From an uncultured Flavobacteriales bacterium (GTDB lineage: Bacteria > Bacteroidota > Bacteroidia > Flavobacteriales > BACL11), in the NCBI GenBank assembly GCA_905478555.1, contig CAJQIZ010000029.1:11221-75220 (forward strand): DNA of 64,000 bases. Direction: 5' to 3'. Below, piece after piece: positions 57,885 through 64,000 of the stretch; the first letter of the stretch is position 1; each line of letters begins with the position of its first letter. The translations under genes were made by a program, and so were the position numbers. The notes under the pieces were generated by a model. The model had not been told where the DNA came from and searched no databases. It worked only from the letters and a program-made list of their open reading frames with translations.

Positions 57885-58523
57885 TTAATAGTTTCTGTTA
57901 CCAAATATAGTGCTTCCTATTCTAACCAATGTACTTCCACACTCTATTGCTATTTTATAATCTCCACTCATCCCCATTGAAAGGATGTTCATCTGCTCGT
58001 ATTTTTTATAAATTTCATTAAGAAAAGAGAATTCTTCTTTTATCTGTGTTTCATTTTCTGTAAAAGTTGCCATTCCCATAAGTCCGACAATATTTATATT
58101 TTTAAAGTCTTCTTTTTGTTTCATTATTCTAAGAACCTCTTCTTCCGAAAAACCAAACTTTGTGCTTTCGGTAGCTATATGTACTTGAAGTAAACAATCA
58201 ATAGTTCTGTTGTTTTGTTTTGCTCTTTTGTCTATTTCTTTTAGAAGTTTTTCAGAATCTACTCCATGTATTAAACGGACAAAAGGAGCAATAAATTTCA
58301 CCTTGTTTCTTTGCAAATGACCTATCATTTGCCATTGTATTTCTTTAGAAAGTTTTTCGTATTTTTCTACTAATTCCTGAACTTTGTTTTCTCCGAAAAT
58401 AAGTTGACCGGAATTATAAGCTTGCTCAATATCTGAAATAGGTTTTGTTTTAGAAACTGCAACTAAGGTGACTTCTTTTGGGAGTTCTTTTTTAAGTTTC
58501 AGAATGTTTTCAGAAATAGACAT
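57885..58523 (-). CDS. yggS: YggS-family pyridoxal-phosphate-binding (PLP homeostasis) protein
   Basis: Motifs LVAVSKTKP, HMIGHLQRNKVK-like QMIGHLQRNKVK, and SMGMSGDY. Confidence 0.9.
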   Translation of the reverse strand: MSISENILKLKKELPKEVTLVAVSKTKPISDIEQAYNSGQLIFGENKVQELVEKYEKLSKEIQWQMIGHLQRNKVKFIAPFVRLIHGVDSEKLLKEIDKRAKQNNRTIDCLLQVHIATESTKFGFSEEEVLRIMKQKEDFKNINIVGLMGMATFTENETQIKEEFSFLNEIYKKYEQMNILSMGMSGDYKIAIECGSTLVRIGSTIFGNRNY

Positions 58524-59755
58524 TAGTTAATATTATAAATGGTTAATCCTGACCTAAGTTTTGGTTGAATATAGGTACTTTTTGGTGGCATAATTTCATT
58601 ATTATCAGCTACTAATTTTAATGATTCGATAGGAATAGATTTTAATATAAAAGCAATGGAAAACTCTCCACTATCTACTTTATTTTTAATTTCTTTCAGA
58701 GGGATTGTTCCGTCAAAAAAACTTATATTCTCATCTGTTTTTTCATCTGTAATTCCTAAAATAGAAGATAAGATGTTTTTGGATAAAATAGAGGGATCTA
58801 AACTTTCAGATGTTGAATTATACTGTTTGGGATGTGCAATTAAAGAATACCAATCTAATCCTAAATACATTGATATTTCATCCTTAAAAGTAGGGGAGTA
58901 AATGTCTTTTCCTTTCTCTGAAACAGTATAATTTTCTTCTATTTTACAGATTAACTCATTTGTGGTTAGTCCGTTAGTATGTTTTATTAATCGGTTAAAA
59001 TTAATTATTTTAAGTTGGCTTTCAGGAATTAAATAACTCATAAAAAAATTAAAACTATCTTCTGGTTGGTAGTTTGGATTTTCTTTTCTTATGTTTTTAC
59101 AAAGTAGGGATGAGGAAGCCGATCTGTGATGTCCGTCTGCAATGTAAATATTTTCAATTCCCTTAAATTCTGAAATAATTCTATTTGTATCTTCTTTACT
59201 CTCTATTTTCCACAGTTTATGACCTACTTTATTTGTTGTAGTAAATTCGTATTCTGACCTTTTTTTTATGTATTCAGAAATTATATTTTTAATAGTATTA
59301 TTATCCTTATAGGTAAGCAGAACAGGTTCTGCATTAAATTTTGTAGTTTTCAGATAATTCTTAAACATCTCTTCTCTTTTTGTTATAGTTTGTTCATGTA
59401 TTTTAATGTTTCCATTTAAATAATCATCTACAGAAGTAGCCGCTATAATTCCAGTAAAAATTGTATTTTGGGTAGTTTGCTGATAAATGTACAAACAATT
59501 TTCTTCTTCCTCAAATAAGGTTCCATCTTTAATGAAATTAGAAAATTTATTTTTCACTAAATTAAATTTATCAATCCCTGTTTTTTTGTTTTCACTATTG
59601 TATTCAGGATTAATAATATGTAGAAAAGTATAAGGGTTATTATCTAATTTTTCCTTTAAAGATGCGTCAGAGTAACTTAAGTAGGACCTAGATGCTACAA
59701 GATTTGCTTTGTCTCTTGTAGGTCTTATTGCGCGAAAAGGTCTTATTTTTGCCAT
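58523..59755 (-). CDS. DUF1015-family protein (function unknown)
   Basis: 410 aa. The N-terminus MAKIRPFRAIRPTRDKA and the internal block YIADGHHRSASS are the hallmarks I associate with DUF1015/COG4198. Confidence 0.8.
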   Translation of the reverse strand: MAKIRPFRAIRPTRDKANLVASRSYLSYSDASLKEKLDNNPYTFLHIINPEYNSENKKTGIDKFNLVKNKFSNFIKDGTLFEEEENCLYIYQQTTQNTIFTGIIAATSVDDYLNGNIKIHEQTITKREEMFKNYLKTTKFNAEPVLLTYKDNNTIKNIISEYIKKRSEYEFTTTNKVGHKLWKIESKEDTNRIISEFKGIENIYIADGHHRSASSSLLCKNIRKENPNYQPEDSFNFFMSYLIPESQLKIINFNRLIKHTNGLTTNELICKIEENYTVSEKGKDIYSPTFKDEISMYLGLDWYSLIAHPKQYNSTSESLDPSILSKNILSSILGITDEKTDENISFFDGTIPLKEIKNKVDSGEFSIAFILKSIPIESLKLVADNNEIMPPKSTYIQPKLRSGLTIYNIN

Positions 59756-59757
59756 TC

Positions 59758-60717
59758 TTATTTTTTAAAGAATGTAATAATTTTCTCTGCTAACTCTGCA
59801 CCAATTCTATCTTGTGCTTCTTCTGTTGCAGCACCAATGTGAGGAGTTAAGGATAAACTATTATGCATCATTAAATGTATACTTGGATTAGGTTCGTTAT
59901 TAAACACATCTAAAGCAGCATAAGCTAGCTTTCCTTTATCTAAAGAGAACATAAGAGCATCCTCATCAATTACACCTCCTCTAGCAGTATTTACTATACC
60001 GGCACCAGTTTTCATTAGTCCAATTTCTTCTGCACCAATTACGGCTTTGTCTCCAGTTTTTGGTACGTGTAAAGTTACAAAATCAGAATTCTCTAAAACA
60101 TTTTCTAAGGAAGTAGTTTCTACAGTGAATGTTTTTTTATCTCCATTAAAAAAGTTTAACGTTATATTCGCTTCAGTAGTAAATTTATCATGAGCCAATA
60201 CATTCATACCCAATCCTATAGCTCTTTTTGCAACTTCTTTTCCTATTCTACCAAATCCTATAATACCTAAAGTTTTTCCTGCTAATTCTCTCCCTCTAGC
60301 GTATGCTTTTTTTAATTCTTTAAAATTTGAATCTCCTTCTAAAGGCATTTGTCTGTTCGATTCGTATAAGAAACGAACCATTCCAAATAGATGAGCAAAC
60401 ACTAATTCTGCTACTGAAGCAGAAGATGCGGCTGGAGTATTATATACTTCTAATCCTTTATTTCTAGCGTAGCTGACATCAATATTGTCCATACCAACAC
60501 CACCTCTACCAATTATCTTTAAACTTTTGCAAGAATCAATTAATTCTTCTCTAGCAGTTGTAGCACTTCTCACTAATAAAACTTCAATTTTTTCGGAGTT
60601 TATATGAGCAATTAAATTTTCTTGAGCTACTTTTTCTGTTATAACTTCAAACCCTTTTGATTGTAATGCATCAATTCCAGATTGAGATATTCCATCATTT
60701 GCTAATACTTTTATCAT
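59758..60717 (-). CDS. serA: D-3-phosphoglycerate dehydrogenase (short form, no ACT domain)
   Basis: NAD motif GIIGFGRIGKEVA and the catalytic region TPHIGAAT; 319 aa. Confidence 0.88.
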   Translation of the reverse strand: MIKVLANDGISQSGIDALQSKGFEVITEKVAQENLIAHINSEKIEVLLVRSATTAREELIDSCKSLKIIGRGGVGMDNIDVSYARNKGLEVYNTPAASSASVAELVFAHLFGMVRFLYESNRQMPLEGDSNFKELKKAYARGRELAGKTLGIIGFGRIGKEVAKRAIGLGMNVLAHDKFTTEANITLNFFNGDKKTFTVETTSLENVLENSDFVTLHVPKTGDKAVIGAEEIGLMKTGAGIVNTARGGVIDEDALMFSLDKGKLAYAALDVFNNEPNPSIHLMMHNSLSLTPHIGAATEEAQDRIGAELAEKIITFFKK

Positions 60718-61790
60718 CTTAATTTTTTTTCTAAATTTTTCATTACATTTACAAGTGCATTTACACTTTCTAATCGAAGTGCATTGTACATGGAAGCTCT
60801 GTATCCTCCAACAGATCTATGTCCTTTTAATCCGCTAATACCAGCATTTTCCCATAACTGATTAAATAAATGTTCTTTGGAAGAATCTGTAAGTGTAAAA
60901 GTTACATTCATATTCGATCTATCTTCTTTTTCTGCAATACCTTTAAAAAGAGGATTTCTATCAATTTCATTATAAAGAAGTTCTGCTTTCTGATTGTTTA
61001 GTTCTTCTATCCATTCTACTCCACCATGATCTTTTAACCATTGTAGAGTAAGCATAGATACATATATAGCAAAAACCGGAGGTGTATTAAACATACTGTT
61101 TTTACTTATATGTGTGTTGTAATTTAACATTGTTGGGATGTTTCTTCCTGTATTTCCTAAAATTTCATCTTTTATAATTACAAGAGTCGTTCCTGCTGGT
61201 CCCATGTTTTTTTGCGCGCCAGCATAAATTAAATCAAATTTACTAACCTCTATTTTTCTACTGAATATATCCGAACTCATATCACAAACCATTAAAGAAG
61301 GTACTTTTGGAAATTTTTTTATTTGAGTACCAAAAATAGTATTGTTAGAAGTGCAGTGAAAATAATCTACATCTTCAGGTATATTATACCCTTTTGGAAT
61401 ATAGTTGTAGTTTTTATCTGAAGAATCTCCAACCACAAAAACTTCTCCTGAATTTTTTGCTTCTGTAATAGATTTTTTCGCCCAAACTCCTGTATTGGTA
61501 TAAGCTGCTTTTCCTCCTTTTTCTTTCATTAAATTTAACGGAACCATTAAAAACTCTAAACTAGCACCTCCTTGCAGAAATAAAACTGAATATCCCTTAG
61601 GAACTTCTAGTAGTTCCTTTACTAATCCGACCGCTTTTTCCATAACCTCAACAAAAGGTTTACTCCTATGAGAAATCTCAATTAAAGAAAGATTATCGTT
61701 ATTAAAGTTTAAAACTGCTTCTGAAGCTTTTTTTAATACATCTAAAGGTAATATACAGGGACCTGCGCTAAAATTGTGTTTTTTACTCAT
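60714..61790 (-). CDS. serC: 3-phosphoserine aminotransferase
   Basis: N-terminus HNFSAGPCILP and the PLP-lysine region YAGAQKNMGPAG. Confidence 0.95.
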   Translation of the reverse strand: MSKKHNFSAGPCILPLDVLKKASEAVLNFNNDNLSLIEISHRSKPFVEVMEKAVGLVKELLEVPKGYSVLFLQGGASLEFLMVPLNLMKEKGGKAAYTNTGVWAKKSITEAKNSGEVFVVGDSSDKNYNYIPKGYNIPEDVDYFHCTSNNTIFGTQIKKFPKVPSLMVCDMSSDIFSRKIEVSKFDLIYAGAQKNMGPAGTTLVIIKDEILGNTGRNIPTMLNYNTHISKNSMFNTPPVFAIYVSMLTLQWLKDHGGVEWIEELNNQKAELLYNEIDRNPLFKGIAEKEDRSNMNVTFTLTDSSKEHLFNQLWENAGISGLKGHRSVGGYRASMYNALRLESVNALVNVMKNLEKKLR

Positions 61791-61814
61791 TTTAAATTTA
61801 TGTATTGTAATTGT

Positions 61815-62378
61815 TTATTTAACTCTTTCTAGATATGTACCTTTTTCGGTATCTATCTTAATCTTATCTCCTTCATTAATAAAAAGAGGTACTTGAATAT
61901 CTGCTCCTGTTTCTGTGTTAGCTGGTTTAAATGTATTAGTTGCAGTATTTCCCTTAACTCCTGGTTCTGTATGTGCAATTTCTAGAGTAACATGAGAAGG
62001 GACTTGTGCTGAAAGAGGTAATCCTTCATCTGCATGAAATAATACTTCTACTGTTTCCCCTTCTTTTAAAAATTGTACATTATCAATATTATTTTTTGGC
62101 ATCAATATTTGCTCATAATCGTCATTATTCATCAAATGATAATCTTCTCCTTCTGCATATAAAAATTGATATTTTCTATTTTCAACTCTTATTACATCAA
62201 TTTTCACTCCAGAAGTAAAAGTATTTTCAAGTAATCTACCAGTAGTTAAATTTCTGATTTTTGTACGAACAAATGCTGGACCCTTACCTGGTTTTACATG
62301 TAAAAATGATTCAATTTTCCAAGGGAAGCCATTATAATTAAAACATAATCCGTTTCTGAAATCTGCTGTAGTTGCCAT
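61815..62378 (-). CDS. efp: Elongation factor P
   Basis: Contains HVKPGKGPAFVRTKIRNL; 187 aa. Confidence 0.97.
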   Translation of the reverse strand: MATTADFRNGLCFNYNGFPWKIESFLHVKPGKGPAFVRTKIRNLTTGRLLENTFTSGVKIDVIRVENRKYQFLYAEGEDYHLMNNDDYEQILMPKNNIDNVQFLKEGETVEVLFHADEGLPLSAQVPSHVTLEIAHTEPGVKGNTATNTFKPANTETGADIQVPLFINEGDKIKIDTEKGTYLERVK

Positions 62379-62382
62379 ATTT

Positions 62383-63165
62383 TTAGTTTTGTTTATATCC
62401 TTTCATTATTCCTCTACCAGTGTTTCTAATAAATGAAATAATTTCATCTCTTTCTAGAGTAGATTTTAATTCCGCTTCAATTTTTAGTATTGCTTGGGAA
62501 TTATTATTTTTCTTTTGAAATAAAATTCTGTATATATCTTGAATCTCATTTATTTTTTCTTCAGTAAATTCTCTTCTTCTTAATCCTATTGAATTAATAC
62601 CAATATATGATAAAGGTTCTCTGGCTGCTTTTACAAATGGTGGTACATCTTTTCTTACTAACGATCCTCCAGAAATCATAGCATGTCTTCCTATAGTTAC
62701 AAATTGATGTACTGCAGAATTACCTCCTAATATTGCAAAATCACCAATAGTTACATGTCCTGCTAAAGCAACTCCATTTACAATAACGCAATTATCACCA
62801 ATATTACAATCATGTGCAACATGTGAATAAGCCATTAGTAGACAGTTTTTTCCAATAATTGTCTTTCCTGTTGCTGTTGTACCTCTATTTACTGTAGCAC
62901 ATTCTCTAATGGTAGTGTTGTCTCCAATCTCAACAATAGAATCTTCTCCATTAAATTTTAAATCTTGAGGGATAGCAGAAATTACTGCACCTGGAAATAT
63001 TCTACAATTTTCACCAATTCTAGCTCCTTCCATTATGGTTACATTCGATCCAATCCATGTTCCTTTACCTATAAGTACATTACTTTCAATAGTTACAAAT
63101 GGTTCTATTACAACAGATTTATCAATTTTTGCTCCGGAATGTACAAAAGATAATGGTTGATGCAT
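62383..63165 (-). CDS. lpxA: Acyl-ACP--UDP-N-acetylglucosamine O-acyltransferase
   Basis: Left-handed beta-helix hexapeptide repeats plus a C-terminal helical domain; 260 aa. Confidence 0.95.
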   Translation of the reverse strand: MHQPLSFVHSGAKIDKSVVIEPFVTIESNVLIGKGTWIGSNVTIMEGARIGENCRIFPGAVISAIPQDLKFNGEDSIVEIGDNTTIRECATVNRGTTATGKTIIGKNCLLMAYSHVAHDCNIGDNCVIVNGVALAGHVTIGDFAILGGNSAVHQFVTIGRHAMISGGSLVRKDVPPFVKAAREPLSYIGINSIGLRRREFTEEKINEIQDIYRILFQKKNNNSQAILKIEAELKSTLERDEIISFIRNTGRGIMKGYKQN

Positions 63166-63168
63166 TAT

Positions 63169-64000
63169 TTATTTTTTAGAGATTAATGCTAGTAAGTCGG
63201 CTTCTACAACTACTTTTCCATCTACAAAACCCTTTCCGTGCATATGGCAAAGTCCTCTTCTGATTGGGGATATTAACTCTAGTTTAAATATTATAGTATC
63301 TCCTGGAACTACTTTTTGTTTGAATTTTGCATTATCAATTTTCATGAAAAATGTAAGATAGTTTTCAGGGTCTGTTACAGTGCTTAATATTAAAACCCCT
63401 CCTGCTTGTGCCATTGTTTCTAGTTGTAATACTCCTGGCATAACAGGTGCTCCCGGAAAATGTCCTTTAAAATATTCTTCATCATCAGTTACAAACTTAA
63501 CTCCTATAATAAAGTCCTCTCCTAAATCTCTAATTTCATCAATAAACAAAAATGGTTTTCTGTGAGGTATTATTTCTTTAATCTGATCTTTGTTATAGAG
63601 TGGTTTTTCATTAAAATTTATTATTGGTACTATATCCTTCATATCTTTCATTATTTTCTCTTTTAATATTTTTGCAAATTTGGTGTTATGTCTGTGTCCT
63701 GGTTTAAAAGCTTTTATTTTTCCAATGATAGGAATTCCTATTAAAGAAAAGTCACCAATTATATCTAGTAACTTATGTCTTGCTGCTTCATTTTGGTGTC
63801 GTAATTGAATATTATTTAAAATACCTTCCTTACTAACCTGTAAATTCTTTTTATTAAAAACTTTTGCTAAATTACTAAGTTTTTTTCTATCTAATTCATT
63901 TTCTACAATAACAATTGCATTGTTTACATCTCCACCTTTTATTAAGTTGTTTTCTAATAAAACTTCTAATTCGTGTAAGAAACAAAAGGTTCTAGAAGAG
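63169..64000 (-). CDS. lpxC: Bifunctional UDP-3-O-acyl-GlcNAc deacetylase / 3-hydroxyacyl-ACP dehydratase (LpxC/FabZ fusion), N-terminal part outside the window
   Basis: The ORF-track piece 63169..63651 is the FabZ hotdog domain (HFPGAPVMPGVL). My hand translation of the same frame upstream stays open to the window edge. It reads ...RTFCFLHELEVLLENNLIKGGDVNNAIVIVE...EAARHKLLDIIGDFSLIGIPIIGKIKAFKPGHRHNTKFA, which is an LpxC C-terminal sequence. Confidence 0.9.
   Translation of the reverse strand, partial: SSRTFCFLHELEVLLENNLIKGGDVNNAIVIVENELDRKKLSNLAKVFNKKNLQVSKEGILNNIQLRHQNEAARHKLLDIIGDFSLIGIPIIGKIKAFKPGHRHNTKFAKILKEKIMKDMKDIVPIINFNEKPLYNKDQIKEIIPHRKPFLFIDEIRDLGEDFIIGVKFVTDDEEYFKGHFPGAPVMPGVLQLETMAQAGGVLILSTVTDPENYLTFFMKIDNAKFKQKVVPGDTIIFKLELISPIRRGLCHMHGKGFVDGKVVVEADLLALISKK

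Noticed and set aside
63169-63651. Treating the 160-aa ORF as a stand-alone FabZ.
   Set aside because: The same frame remains open upstream to the window edge and encodes LpxC C-terminal motifs. This is the LpxC/FabZ fusion typical of Bacteroidota.

Overview
This is a very AT-rich (roughly 30% GC by eye, not computed), extremely gene-dense chromosomal window. It is almost certainly from a member of Bacteroidota, probably class Flavobacteriia. Supporting marks are a 287-aa primary sigma factor, a fused LpxC/FabZ, PorT, a T9SS-like C-terminal tail on a giant secreted protein, TAnnTTTG -7 promoter boxes about 20-25 nt upstream of start codons, and a tmRNA with tag GESNYALAA. About 85% of the window is ordinary housekeeping: psd-cdsA-ftsH-rsfS, birA, pyrE, an RND efflux operon, mnmE, sucD, fabG, purL, ileS-dksA-lspA-uvrC, rpe, rpoD, pnp-rpsO, accD, fbaA, ubiE-porT, aspC, meaB-ridA-yggS-DUF1015-serA-serC, and efp-lpxA-lpxC/fabZ. 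Many neighbouring genes are joined by 0-4 nt overlaps.

The accessory or unusual spots are:
1. 13.5-16.0 kb: an orphan tagD/tagF-like pair next to a decayed, GC-richer foreign remnant.
2. 18.4-18.8 kb: a 42-bp tandem repeat array with palindromic cores upstream of fabG.
3. 30.7-39.6 kb: a 1644-aa BNR/VPS10-like propeller, PKD-CUB-PKD and Cys-repeat surface protein, convergent with a glycosylasparaginase-GH92 N-glycan pair.
4. 39.6-40.3 kb: ssrA with a small possible scar downstream.
5. 54.9-56.5 kb: a secreted YxSQAD-repeat mini-protein and a multiply frameshifted TPR pseudogene.

I saw no CRISPR array, transposase, integrase, tRNA/rRNA gene or recognisable defence or toxin-antitoxin module. 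No single obviously novel multi-gene system stands out. The best leads are the DUF1015 gene embedded between serine and PLP-stress genes, the surface-protein/N-glycan locus, and the iteron-like repeat array. All calls rest on motif recognition by eye and hand translation; no searches or statistics were run.
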